DNA of 64,000 bases from Somniosus microcephalus (lineage: Eukaryota). Below, one piece after another: positions 22,898 through 35,464 of the stretch. The first letter of the stretch is position 1, and each line of letters starts with the position of its first letter. A program made the position numbers and the translations under genes. The notes beneath the pieces were generated by a model. That model was not told the origin of the DNA. It did not search any database and saw nothing but the letters and a program-made list of their open reading frames with translations. The stretch is taken from positions 111,910,001 through 111,974,000 of the forward strand of contig CM126215.1 in assembly GCA_052327205.1 (NCBI GenBank), read 5' to 3'.

Positions 22898-24115
22898 ATG
22901 GCGGAACAGGCTCAAGGAGCTGAATGACCTACTCCTGTTCCTATGTTCTTTATTTCTTCATACTTTCCTTTGATGTGTGATACAGAAATCTGAGTGTGAA
23001 ACTTGAAATGTGACACAAGTGTGATGGACAGGAAAGGTACGCCAGATGTTCAGTTTTTAAAATAATATTATGGATAGATATTCAGGTAGGGGATCTACTA
23101 AAACTGTATTTCCTTGGTAACATTCATGCAGAAAAATGTAAATGATTTTACTGAAGTCTTGATGTAAGCCCGCTTTTACCTCAGGATTGCTGCAGTAGCA
23201 GGACTTGTGTCAATAAAATTCTGAGGTACTTTTTGATAGACAGATTGAGCAACCTTTATTTAGCCTCTGCAGACTAAAGCCATCAAATATTAATAACACT
23301 CTTGGGATATTTTATTTGTTAAGACAATAAATGATGAATATGTGAGAAGCTGATGAATATTTCATTGCAAAAGTAAATCCATTTCTGATATTATTGCTGT
23401 GATTCGTTCTTGTAGCTGCTAAGTCCGGACTGCTTAGCAACGGGGTACTTAGATCGACACTAGACAAATAGCCAAGTGCTAGCCAGTTTTGGATAGAAAG
23501 AGATAACTCATCAGTTTTTGAGATGAACGTACTTGGCAAAGGTGGGCTCATGCACAACAGAGTAAGACTGTGGTTAATTATTTTCTGGCACATTCAGCGT
23601 TTGCAATGACAGCCACTGTTGGCAAAGAAACTGACCCAAGCTATGAACGTCCCCAGTAGTAGGGTGAATAAATGGACTACCCTGCTGCGGTACTGAGCCA
23701 TAAAGAGCAGGAAGGTCCCAGGTGTCATCTCCAGGACCTGCCGAACTCGGTGATCTTATTGTGTCGGTACCTTTTTACCTAGACACAATTAGAACTCAGA
23801 ACTCAGAGATTCAAACATGAAGTGCTTTATTCAGGAAGGAAAGGGGAGTTCTGGAGAGTTCCGAACAAAGAGAGCTAAACTTAACCAGGAGAACACCCAA
23901 CCATGTATCTGCTGTGACAGCGCCACCACAGGTGGGAGGAGAACACACAATACATAAGATATTCCTCCCCTCTTAAATGGAAGGTCCACATTATTCCTCA
24001 ACAGGTAAGTTACTTTCAATGCACTCAACTAACCTAGGGTGGAGGTAGACTGCCTCAACCCCTGACTTTACCCTGGGGTTTATTCTGCCCCAGTCTTGTG
24101 GGTAAGTCGCTAAGC

Positions 24116-27100
24116 CTACAGATCCAAGCGTCTTGGAGGCCGCCGCTCTCTGACAGGATACCGGCGGTCATCGCTGGCTTCCACAGCAGTAGGCATTGAC
24201 ACAGGCCTAGATGGAGAAGGTGCCTGTGTCAGTCAAAAGTCAGGAGTTTGCACAGGTGGAACAGTCTCTTTGACTTCCTGTGTTGGAAAAGAGCACTGTG
24301 GCAAAGGATGCTGGTTTGTGGTATCATCCGGAAACAGTTCAGGCCAACCAGCCGTTGGAGCCTCTGTGGCTGTCTCTGCTCCTAGCAACAGTTGATCTGT
24401 GTGCCTTCTCCAGACGACATCCTCAGCAGTCTCAATCATGTAAGACACAGGGCCCGTCTGCGCGATCACTGTAGCAGGAACCCATTTCGGTCCAGTGTTG
24501 TAGTTTTGAGCTAGGACGTGCTCTCCCGGATGAAACCGTCTCTCCTTGGCTCTTTTCTCTCTCTTTTCAACTTGAGCTTGTTGTTGACGATGGACAACCT
24601 GCTCTGTCCTTGGAGGTTTGAGTAAGTCAAAACTTGTCCGCAACTGCCTCTTCATCATGAGCGAAGCGGGGGAAGTTTTGGTTGTGGCATGCGGCTCGTT
24701 CCTGTAGGACAACAGGAAGCTGTTCAGACGTTGGTGGATTGAGCCCTGACCTTGCGATGCCTTCAAGGCGTGCTTCAAAGTTTGCACGAACCTTTCTGCC
24801 TGGCCGTTAGTAGAGGGATGATAGGGCGCAGACCTGATGTGTTGGACACCATTCACATGCAGGAAGGTTGCAAACTCCTGTGATACATATTGTGGACCGT
24901 TGTCACTTACGAGTTGTTCCGGTGAGCCGTGGTAGACCTCATCACAGCGACCTCCGGCCACTTGCGACGAGCGTCCACAACCACCATAAACATCTTCTCT
25001 TCGAAAGGACTGGCGAAGTCCACATGTACTCGCTGCCACACTTCTGCAGGCCAATCCCAGGGGTGTAGGGTTGCCAGCTGTGGAACATTCCAGACCCTTT
25101 GACATGGGGAACATGTTTTGGCTTTCTCCTCAATATTCCCATCGAGACCTGGCCACCAGAAGTAGCTTCTTGCCATTTTCTTCATCCGAACCATCCCACT
25201 GTGGCCTGTATGAAGTTGTTGCAGTATAGGTTCCCTCAGAGGTGGCGGAATGATGACACGGCATCCCCAAAGAAGACAACCTGCCTGGACGGAGGGTTCA
25301 TTTCTTTTTGAAACGTAAGGTTTCAAACTAGGAGAATCTCCTATAGCTCTCCCTCGAATGACATCGTCCATTACCTCAGACAGGACTGGATTGTTGCGGG
25401 TGTACCTTCGCACCTGAACTGCAGTGACAGGTGCTCCCTCCACTTGCCTAAAGTAGAAGATGTCTATCTGACAAGGCTCTGGGGGAGTAATAGGCAAGGG
25501 TAGCCTCGAGAGACCGTCTGCGTTGCCGTGCAAGTCTGATTTGTGAAATTTGATGTCGTATGTGTGTCCTGACAACAGTAAAGCCTACCTTTGCATCCTG
25601 CTTGCAGCGAGAGACGGAATTCCGGTGTGGGGCCCGAAGATTGAAGTCAATGGACGGTGGTCCGTCAGGAGTGTGAACCTTCTCCCAAACAGGTACTGAT
25701 GAAATTTTCGAATTCCAAAAACGATTCCCAAGGCCTCGCGCTCGATCTGCACATAGTTACTGTCGGCCTTGTTCAAGGTGCGTGATGCGAAGGCGACAGG
25801 TTTCTCTTCACCCGAAGGCATGATGTGGGATATGACTGCTCCCACACCATATGGTGATGCATCACATGCTAGCTGCACGGGTAGCTTTGGGTCGAAGTGT
25901 GTCAGGACCTCCGATTTCAGCAATGCTTTCTTTGCTTGGGCGAAAGCTTCGTTGCACAGTTCAGTCCATTTCCATGTTTTGCCTTGACATAGCAACTGAT
26001 GTAACGGCTTCAGCAATGTTGCTAAGTCTGGAATAAACTTCCCATAGTAGTTAAGTAGCCCCAGAAATGAACGTAACTGGCTCACATTCTGGGGTGCTGG
26101 GGCCTCCACGATCGCCTTGACCTTTGACGGCGCCTTATGCAGGCCAGTAGCGTCAATCACATGCCCCAGGTACTCAAATGAAGACTGAAAGAATTCACAT
26201 TTGTCCTTACGAACTCTGAGTCCGTACTCTTTCAGTCGTTGTAGTGTCGCATCCAAGTTCAGAAGATGATCCTCCTCATTTGTCCCAGTGACAAGGATGT
26301 CGTCCAGGTAGCACTGGACTCCTGACAGTCCACTCAAAATCTGATCCATTGCCCTTTGGAATAGAGCAGGGGCCGACGTAATTCCAAACGGAAGGCGGCA
26401 GTACCTGTATAGCCCCTTGTGTGTCACAATTGTCAGCAGCTCCTTTGATTTGTCATCAACATGCATTTGTAGATAAGCCTGGCATAAGTCTATTTTGCTG
26501 AACTTTTGCCCTTCGGCCAGGCCCGTGAAAAGATCATCAATGAGGGGAAGAGGGTACTGTTCCGCAGACAGCACTGGGTTAATAGTCATTTTAAAACCCC
26601 CGCAGATTCGAACAGATCCATCCTTTTTCAGGACAGGAACAATGGGTGTGGCCCATTTGCTCATGCTCACAGGCTCCAGGACTCCATTCTCGACTAAGGC
26701 CTCCAAGTTAGCCTCAACTTTTGGCCTAATTGCATAGGGTACAGGTCGGGCTTTGTGAAACTTCGGCTTGCTGTCAGGTTTAATGTCCAGTCTCACGCTG
26801 GTATTTTTCATGCTCCCAAGTTCCCCATTGAAGAGTTCTGCATATTTGTTTAACACTGCAGTCAGACCTGACTCCCCTTTTGACATCATGCGGACTGCAG
26901 GCCAGTCCAGTGTGATTTTCTCTAGCCACGCACATCCCAGTAGCGATGGGTAATTTCCCTTTACCACATATAGTGGCAGTTTTGCAGTCTGTCCGTTCAA
27001 TTTAACTGTCACCTCAATGGTGCCTCTCATGGCCACAGGTTCGCCGGTATACATCTTTAGCACAATGTTTGTTGGCTGAAGGGTAAGATGCTTTAGCATT

Positions 27101-28067
27101 TTGTTGTAGACAGTGTCTGAAACAAGGGACACAGCCACGCCTGTGTCCACCTCCATCCGCACTGATTGTCCCTCCACCAGTGGTGACACCCAGTAGCCTT
27201 TTGAACCACCTGCAACCGTCAGTATGTGCACCTCTTCCTCCTCAGAGGTGTCGCTCCCCTCTGTTTTGCTTGTTCCATCATACTGCACTGAATGAACACT
27301 CTTTTTCCTCTCTTGTCCAAATACAGACATTTTGCTTCCATGCTTCCCAGCTCTGTCTGTTCTTTTTTACCTCTACAGGCGCGTTCAATGTGACCCTTTT
27401 TGCCACAATTTCGGCATTCCAGCTCCGTACACCAGCAGTCATTAGCGTGATGGCCCGTTTTCCCACAACGGTAACATGTGCCGTTCCGCGCACCTTTAGG
27501 CTCAGACGACACCTTGTGAACTCTCCCTGTTGAACTCAACTGGTGAGCCTCCTTATCCGCCATCTCCATGGAGACACTAACTTCAATGGCCTTTTCAAGA
27601 GTAAGGTTGTCCTCAGTAAGAAGGCGCTTCTGTGTGGCTGCACTTTGTAGACCACACACGAGTCTGTCTCTAATGGTGTCATTCAGCAGCTCCTTGAACT
27701 GGCAGTGTTCCAACAACCTTTTAAAAGTGGCAATAAACATCGTCACTGATTCCCCCTTCTCTTGATTCCGTTTGTGAAATCTAAATCTCTCAGCAATAAC
27801 CAGAGGTTTTGGTGAAAAATGTGCTCCAAGAATTTCCACTAGTTGCTTATATGTTTTAGTTCCTGGCTTATCTGGCTGTACAAGGCTGCGAAGTAAATTG
27901 AATGTCTTCGGCCCCATAACACTCAAAAAGGTAGGCATGACCTTTTCGTTTGCCACCACATTCGCCATGACAAAATAGTCAAAACGTTCCGTATAAGTGC
28001 TCCATTGCTCCACATTTTCCTCAAAATCATCGATGTTTCCCAATATAGCAGCCACCTCACGTTTCAA
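24116..28067 (-). pseudogene. gag-pol of Gypsy element 2 (disrupted)
   Basis: CCHC x2 (CYRCGKTGHHANDC, CRNCGKKGHIERAC), PR EVDTG, RT CYLDD, RH CDASPYGVGA, IN HTGH..CSPC, VHVDF, SDNGPQ, GQAERF. Frameshifts near 27365 and 24920; stops at 25585 and 24233. Confidence 0.93.
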
Positions 28068-28113
28068 ATTTAAATTTCTGTTTACTCACTGCACCCGTAA
28101 CGTACGCAGATTC

Positions 28114-28131
28114 ATCCGCTCCTCGTCGCCA
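28114..28131 (-). promoter_or_regulatory. Primer-binding site complementary to the tRNA-Ser(GCU) 3' end
   Basis: Minus strand TGGCGACGAGGAGCGGAT, 3 nt after the 5' LTR; vertebrate tRNA-Ser(GCU) ends ...UCCUCGUCGCCA. Confidence 0.75.
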
Positions 28132-28389
28132 CTTTATTGTGTCGGTACCTTTTTACCTAGACACAATTAGAACTCAGAACGCAGAGATTCAAACATGAAG
28201 TGCTTTATTCAGGAAGGAAAGGGGAGTTCTGGAGAGTTCCGAACAAAGAGAGCTAAACTTAACCAGGAGAACACCCAACCATGTATCTGCTGTGACAGCG
28301 CCACCACAGGTGGGAGGAGAACACACAATACATAACAGATCTCAGCCAAGATGGCAATGGGGATGTTACAAATGGCCTCTGCATTTTGT

Positions 28390-28757
28390 GCACAAGATCC
28401 AGGTTGACACTCCAGTGCAGTGCTGAGGGAGTGCTGCACTGTCGGAGGTGCTGTCTTTCGGATGAGGCGTTAAACCAAGGCCCCGTCTGCTCTCTCAGGT
28501 GGACGTAAAAGATCCCGTGGCACTATTTCAAAGAGGAGCGGGGGAGTTATCCCCGGTGTCCTGGCCAATGTTTATCCCTCAACCAACATCACTAAAACAG
28601 ATGACCTGCTATGCTGTTTGTGGGACCTTGCTGTGTGAAAATTGCCTGCCACGTTTCCTACATTGCAACAGTCAGTATCATTCAAAAGTACTTAATTGGC
28701 TGTAAAGCGCTTTGGGACGTCCTGGCGTTGTGAAAGGCGCTATATAAATGCAAGTCA
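28390..28757 (+). mobile_element. DeuSINE
   Basis: Deu core GGATGAGGCGTTAAACCAAGG..AAAGATCCCGTGGCAC; tail GGCGCTATATAAATGCAAGTC. Confidence 0.8.
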
Positions 28758-28994
28758 GAATTTCTCTCCTGGTCAATATCCAATTGGAAAGTGAACATCA
28801 GGGTGGATGGATTCAGGCTAAACAGTGGTAGCTCCAATTATCAAATGGGCTGCTGATACTGTCTGTCAAGGTATGGATGTGATTACGTGGATGAGGTACC
28901 AGAGAGCTGCTGCACCCCCACAGAATCATGTTTTAGAAGAAGAAAGAAAAGAGAAAAATAGTAGAGGAGGAGCAAACAGCTCATAAAGTGTGTA

Positions 28995-29756
28995 GGGGGA
29001 GAAATTCATTATAGCACTGGTTCGGGCGCTAAAACTGCGAAAGCTGAAAAATTAACGTCAGGCACTAATGATGATAGGCTCCTGCGAAATTCAGTTGCAG
29101 CACTCCAAGAGGGAAGTGGAGCGCTAAATCAAGCGCTAACCACTTCTCTTAGGGCGCTAAAGTCAGAGAGCGGGGCATTACCGGCAGAGCGCGAGACAAT
29201 TAGAAGCGTATTCCAGACGGCACTCTTCAATCACAGAGGCTGCTTCCCTCGCTTAAAGGGAAGGGCCAGTACTGCAGCAGAAGCTATTTGTCGGCACTGC
29301 AGTCTTGCAAGGCGACGGCCAATACAGCCCCAAACACTGTCACCAAGTGGAGGGCTTGGACATCCTGCAACAGTGAAGGAGTGATAACTTTGCGCAGGCA
29401 CCAGACTGGTGCAAATAATAACGGTTCAGCGATCTGAAAAGCATTTCCTTTAATCACCGCTCCCGAAGCGGCCATCCGACTTCAGAATGCTTCCTCTTGC
29501 TGGCATTGTCAGTGCGAGGCGATAATGCAGGGGGCGAAAGTCAATTTCACATCTGGGGCGGTAATGGGGCGCTGCGCGCTTGATGGCGTCACGATCTACG
29601 AGGTGCTAGAGGCCCAGGCGGTAAGAGTTCGCCCCAGCGCTAAACCGGCACTGAAGTTCGCCGGCGTTGCCGTGCCCGACCGCTAAACCCTTAGCGCCCC
29701 GTTAGTGCACCCGCCTGGCATTAACAGGAGGCGCAAACAATCCGAATTTCGCGGCC
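28995..29756. mobile_element. GC-rich non-autonomous PIF/Harbinger-type element
   Basis: TIRs GGGGGAGAAATTC / GAATTTCGCGGCC, 3-bp TSD GTA; right subterminal region resembles 12318-13040. Confidence 0.7.
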
Positions 29757-29770
29757 GTAGTATCGCACTA

Positions 29771-30650
29771 AAACAACAACAACGTGTATTTATATAGCAC
29801 CTTTAACATAGTAAAGCCTCCCAAGGCGCTTCACAGGAGCGTTACCAATCAAAATCTGACACCGAGCCAAATAAGGAGATATTAGGACAGAGGAACAAAA
29901 GCTTGGTCAAGAGGTATGTTTTAAGGAGTGTCTTAAAGGAGGAAAGAGAGGCAGAGAGGTGGAGAGGTTTAGGGAGGGAATTCCAGAGCTTAGGGCTTTG
30001 GCAGCTGAAGGTGTGGCTGCCAATGGTGGAGCGATTAAAATTGGGGATGGTCAACAGGATGGTCCATTGGATAAATGCAGATATCTCGGAGGGTTGTAGG
30101 GCTGGAGGAGGTCACAGAGATAGGGAGGGACGAGGACATGGAGGGATTTGAAAACAAGGATGAGAATTTTTAAATTGAGGCGTTGCTTAACCGGGATCCA
30201 ATGTAGGTCAGTGCGCATAGGTATGATGGGTGAATGGGACTTGATGTGAGGATACGGGCAACAGAGTTTTAGATGACCTCAAGTTTATGGGGGGTGGGAG
30301 ATGGGATGCCAGCCAGGAGTGTGTTGGAATAGTCAAAAGGGGCCAAGGATAGATCCTTGGGGGACACCAGAGGTAACGATGCGGGAGCGGGAAGAGAAGC
30401 CATTGCAGGTGATTCTCTGGCTACGATTAGATAGATAAGAATGGAACCAGGCGAGTGCAGTCCCACCCAGCTGGACGACAGTGGAGAGGCGTAAGAGGAG
30501 GATGGTGTGGTTAACCGAGTCAAAGGCTGCAGACAGGTCGAGAAGGATGAGGAGGGATAGTTTACCTTTGTCACAGTCACCTAGGATGTCATTTTTGAAT
30601 TTGATGAGAGCCGTTTCAGTACTGTGGCAGGGACGGAAATCTGATTGGAG
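29771..30650 (-). mobile_element. L2 LINE fragment (RT piece plus 3' end, internally deleted)
   Basis: HSTETALIK..LILLDLSAAFDSVNH..WFHSYLSNRSQ..SGVPQGSILGP joined directly to DYSNTLLAG and the L2 tail. Confidence 0.85.
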
Positions 30651-33467
30651 GGCAGAATGCCTTATAGAAAATTGAAGAGGTGCACGGGGAGGCAAGTCCA
30701 AGGTTACAGTCGCCAGTTCAGATAACAAGAGGTTTTTGTCATTATGACCCTCATAACATCATACGGCTAGATATTGGGCAGTAAAGGTAAGCTCCTGATC
30801 ATAAGGGTTGCAGGATCCACTTACAGGAGAGACAGGCGATGCTGAATCCAAGAGAGTATCTGGTGCATCTATACATATAAACATTTCTAATTCTTTGCAT
30901 ATCGCACTTTATTCCAGGTGTAAAATAATCTTTAAGCTGCTGATTTCCTGCTGGATTTTCTGGCTCTGGGATGAGGCATGGGTTTACACTTAGCTGTCAA
31001 TCTATAAACAATTCTAATACCTTCTAATTGGCCTCAGGATGTGCCTGAGGGAATTATCTTCTTATTGAGCGCAAAATGTTGTAATTTGCAGCAATTAGAG
31101 CCTGTGGCCTTAAAAGGACACACATCCAGCTTAGCAACAGAATAACACATTGTGCATTGTGTGGTATAATGCTCCTGTACTCATAAAACAGGGGGTAGAA
31201 TTTCAGTGAGGCTCCTCCTGATATCCCGCCATAACTTCAGCAGGAGATCAGGAGAACTTCACAGGTATCCTCCAGCTTACCACAAACAATGGCACAGGAC
31301 ACCTGCTCGTATATTATATAAAGAAACAAATCACCCCAAATAATGCTACTCTCCGTACCAAACACGAGACGCGTCATCGTGATATAATGCAGCAATCCCT
31401 GTACATATCAAATTATTGTAGTTAACTTTGAGGGAAAATACTAACATCGTAGGAAATTATCTCTTATCAGTGGGATGATTTTTGCATCACGGTCATTGGG
31501 AAATGTAATTTATAAACCATTCAATCTTCGTTCTCATAGTTCAAGTGGTCACCAAGGCAACAGTCCTGTAACTCACTCGCTGGAGCTGTGTGGATAAGGT
31601 GATGAAGGCTATTTTTTGGGGGGATGTGGGATTTAGGATTGAAATGCCAAAATGAAGGTATCCCAGAAATCTAGATGCCAAGATTGGTAAAGGAGGTCAA
31701 ACACCATTACTCACCCCCTCTCGTGACTCTCTTAAGCCAACAGGGACACAGACAATTACTCCACCACTAACCTGGCAGTAAACAAATGCCTCCCATACAG
31801 TCTGTGGAGCAGGCAAAACAAAACCTTTGTTGCTGTGGTAGCAAGCACACACCCCGATACCAATGAGAGGTTACCTATCGCAGACGTACAAAGAGTCTGT
31901 TCCCATTGAGCATTGATATGATAATGCTGGGAGATGAAAAATTATACTGAGTATATAAAGGGACATTTCCTCTCCCTGTACACACTGTGCCACTTTATTT
32001 CTTTCCTTAAAGGAACTTCCAAACAATTAAGTATTGTGATTAAATGGTAAATGTCCCAAGTTAAGCCACTTCTGGTTATAAATTCACATTGGTTTTCATT
32101 TGAACTATACAGGCATCTGAAGTAAATAGGTTAATATTTGAGCATGCCCTGGTGATCCAGACATCACCTAAATATGCTCTTACATAGCAACGACTCAATA
32201 ACATAGCAAAGTAAATTCCCTCGATACACTGTTCTTGCACATGACCAGCAGAAATGAAGCCGTCTCATTGTGTTTCTCCCTCCCTAGGAAAGCCAACTGG
32301 TCAAATGGCAAAAGGCAAGTTGTGAAGAAGCACTTCGTCAGACAAAGAGTGACCATCTCCCAGGTGAGGTAATGGAGACAAAAACTCTGCCATCATTCAA
32401 GAAACAGTTAGAGGCTGTGATGCAGGTGTATGGTTTTATGCTAGCTTGAACTGGATGGGCTGAATGGCTTCCCCCATCTCATAGAATCATAAAATGATAC
32501 AGCACAGAAGGAGGCCATTCAGCCCATCCTGCCTGTGTTGGCTCTTTGAAAGAGCTATCCAATGAATCCCTCTCCCCTGCTCTTTCCCCACAGCCCTGTA
32601 ATTTATTTCCCCTTCAAGTATTTATCCAATTCTCTTTTGAATGTTACTATTGAATCTGCTTCCGTCACCCTTTCAGGCAGTGTATTCCAGATCACAACAA
32701 CTCGCTGCTTAAAAAAATGCACTTATCTCCTAATAATTACCATGTGACTTGCTCCAGATTATTATACTGTATAGTATCTCCGCACCAAGGGTGGATTAAA
32801 GACATTAAGACCAAGCCCAGGAAGATTCTTAAGGTCCCCTAAATGGTACATTGACCCAATAAACTTTTAACATGATACCAGAACCAGTTACTAAAGAATT
32901 ATTCCAAAGTTTTCACATTATTGATGATTTATTTGACACTTTTTACAGTTCCTTTTTTTTCAGTAAGTTCCAAAGGCTGTAAAGATGATTGCATCAGTAC
33001 TTTTACTGCCAGGCAACTGCAATCTCAATCTAGTTCCTAGTAACTCCACAGTGGAAAACTGCCTATAATTCCATAAGTAATTGAGGCCAGGTTAATGTCT
33101 GAACACAGAGAGCCTCTGGGGATGGCTGGTGCAGGTGATGGATGGAAAAAAAAACAAGGAATGATCTTCAGAGGATGGGTACAGGTAGATCTCCTTTTTA
33201 TCTGGACTGCGCTTGGTAGAACGTGGAAGGCCGGCCAGGAGTGCGTTGGAATAGTCAAGTCTAGAGGTAACAAAGGCATGGATAAGGGTTTCAGCAGCAG
33301 ATGAGCTGAGGCAGGGGTGGAGACTGGCGATGTTACGGAGGTGGAAATAGACGGTCAAATATGACTCCCAGGTTGTGAACAGTCAGGTTCAACCCGAGAC
33401 AGATGCTAGGGAGAGGGATGGAGTTGGTGGCTAGGAAATGGAGTTTGTGGCGGGGACTGAAGACAAT

Positions 33468-34787
33468 GGGCAGGATTTTCATTGGGCCATGGAGACGGGA
33501 TTGGAGGCGTGTGGGGGGTTAAAATCTCAAAATCGGGGGGCACGTACCCATCCCGCCCCCAACCCGCCTCCATGCCAGTTTCAAAGGAGGCAGATACCCG
33601 ACCTGTGCTGGGACCCGCCTCCCCGAGGCGGGAAGGGGATTAGTGCCAATTAACTGCCTGTTAACAGCTAGTTAACAGGCAGTTTTTAGCCTAATCCCTA
33701 TTTTTATCCCCGAAGTGTGGGATTCCCGACGGCTCCAAACCACGCCAAGTTAGCGAGGCGGACCGTCGGGCTGAAGGGCTTGGAGGGTTCGAGATGTCCG
33801 GTATTCAGGTGAGTGATGGGCGCATGAGTTCAGAGGTAAGTGTGTTTGGTGTGTGTAAAGTGTTTAAAGAAGTTTTACTTATATTTACTTACCTTTACAG
33901 CCTTCCTTCCTTCAGGTCTCAGGAGTCCCTCATCTCAACGGCACAGAAAGCAGAGTGGCCATGAGCTGTCAAAAGTTGCAGCATTCAGCTTTCTGTTCCG
34001 GAGAGATCTCTAAATCAGCCTGAGAGGAAGGAATTACCTTGGAGTACAGATTGTCAGTGTTTGACAGCTTCAAACAGCTGTCAAACGCTGATATTTAATC
34101 TGTCAAAAGCTTTTGACAGATGAAATGTCAATCTGTGATGTCACCTGTTGCCGGGTGGCCCTTAATTGGTCCGCTGAGCCCGCTGGGTAGTTAACAGGCA
34201 GATAAGAGGATTATCCCCATTTTACCCACACAACTGCTGGCTTCCCGAAGGCTACAAACCCCACCAGGGTCACCGAGGTGAGTAGTGGGTCTGCGGGGGT
34301 CTGCGGGGTGCAAAAGCACGCTGTGAAGGTAAGTGATGGGTGCAAGTGTGGAGAGGTGATTATGTGAGATAAGTGGAAAAGTTTACTTACCTTTGTTTCT
34401 TCCTGCAGGCTTCAATCGTTGGGGATGCGGAAAGTCTCGCACCTCCACGGCAGAGATGATAGATGGATGTTGCATTCTCCAATGCAGCAACCATTTAATT
34501 TCTGCTAAAGAAAGAGGTTTGATGAGATCTTGAATTCAAGAACTCATCAAACTACAGAGAATGTCAGTGTTTGACAGCTTCACAGAGCTGTCAAATTATG
34601 ACAATTCATCCGTCAAACATTTTTGACAGATGAAACGTCATACACTGACGTTCTCTGTAACCGATGGGCTTAACAAGGACAATCAAGGGAAAATAGCATG
34701 GGTTGGCCACAAATCGATGGAGGCGGGACATCGACCCGACAAGCAGCAGTCCCGCCTCCAACGCGCCCCCATTGACAAAATCGCCCC
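33468..34787. mobile_element. Non-autonomous Harbinger-type element with an internal ~500-bp duplication
   Basis: TIRs GGGCAGGATTTT / AAAATCGCCCCC; left ~200 bp is homologous to the reverse complement of the right end of 42759-46954. Confidence 0.7.
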
Positions 34788-34880
34788 CCATGACTCAGTT
34801 GTTAGCACTGCTGCCTCAAGGTCACAAGGTCACAAAGTTGCGGGTACAAGCCCCAATCCAGGTGCTGTCCTTCAGATAAT

Positions 34881-35460
34881 AGGCCAGAATTTGCTGTAGC
34901 AGGGCATCTAACGCCGTCTGCCGTTAGTTAGACTTGCCCCTCCACTCTTCAGCTCTAAAACATTTTGACAACAAAATTGCTGAAAGTGCAATCTGATAAC
35001 AGCGCAGTGAGGGCAACAGGGCATCTGGGGCATGAGTGACCAGGGCAACCAAGTTAACCAATGAGATTTAAGGATTGAGAAATAAACAGCAGAAGAACTG
35101 AGAAGGAGGGCGAATTAAAGGGGGTCAGTTCAATGTCAAATCAGGTACCGAAAGAGAAATAAAGAGAGGGAAAGAACGATTGGATTAAGAGAGAGAGAGA
35201 AAAAGAGACAGAAAGAAAAAGTAAGAAAAAATGTGAAATTTAAAATTTCCCCCAAAATTTCTAAACCTGAAGGAATGAGATGCCACACTTGCAATAGTTA
35301 ATTTTCAGTGCCAGAGAGGTTGGTTGGCAGTTATTAACAATAATCACATTGTTAAAAGGGTAATTATGCTACTAATTACTAGCCCTAAATATCTGCGGCA
35401 GGTTTAGTTCATATCTACTGCACAAGTACAGTAAGATCATGACATTCAATGCATGTCAAT
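34881..35460 (+). mobile_element. Non-autonomous TIR element, left part (17375 family)
   Basis: AGGCCAGAATTTGCTG end and the shared purine-rich core. Confidence 0.6.
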
Positions 35461-35464
35461 GATG

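Larger units (their letters stand above)
23757..28337 (-). mobile_element. Full-length Ty3/Gypsy LTR retrotransposon 2 (Mag-like, 4.6 kb)
   Basis: 203-bp LTRs (23757-23959, 28135-28337; 2 differences by eye), 5-bp TSD GATCT, tRNA-Ser-type PBS, PPT AAGAGGGGAGGAATA. Confidence 0.97.

Noticed and set aside
27330-27375. Programmed -1 gag/pol frameshift in Gypsy element 2
   Set aside because: The A6 run is not phased as a canonical X XXY YYZ heptamer, and adding one A restores a single ORF; a 1-nt deletion is simpler.
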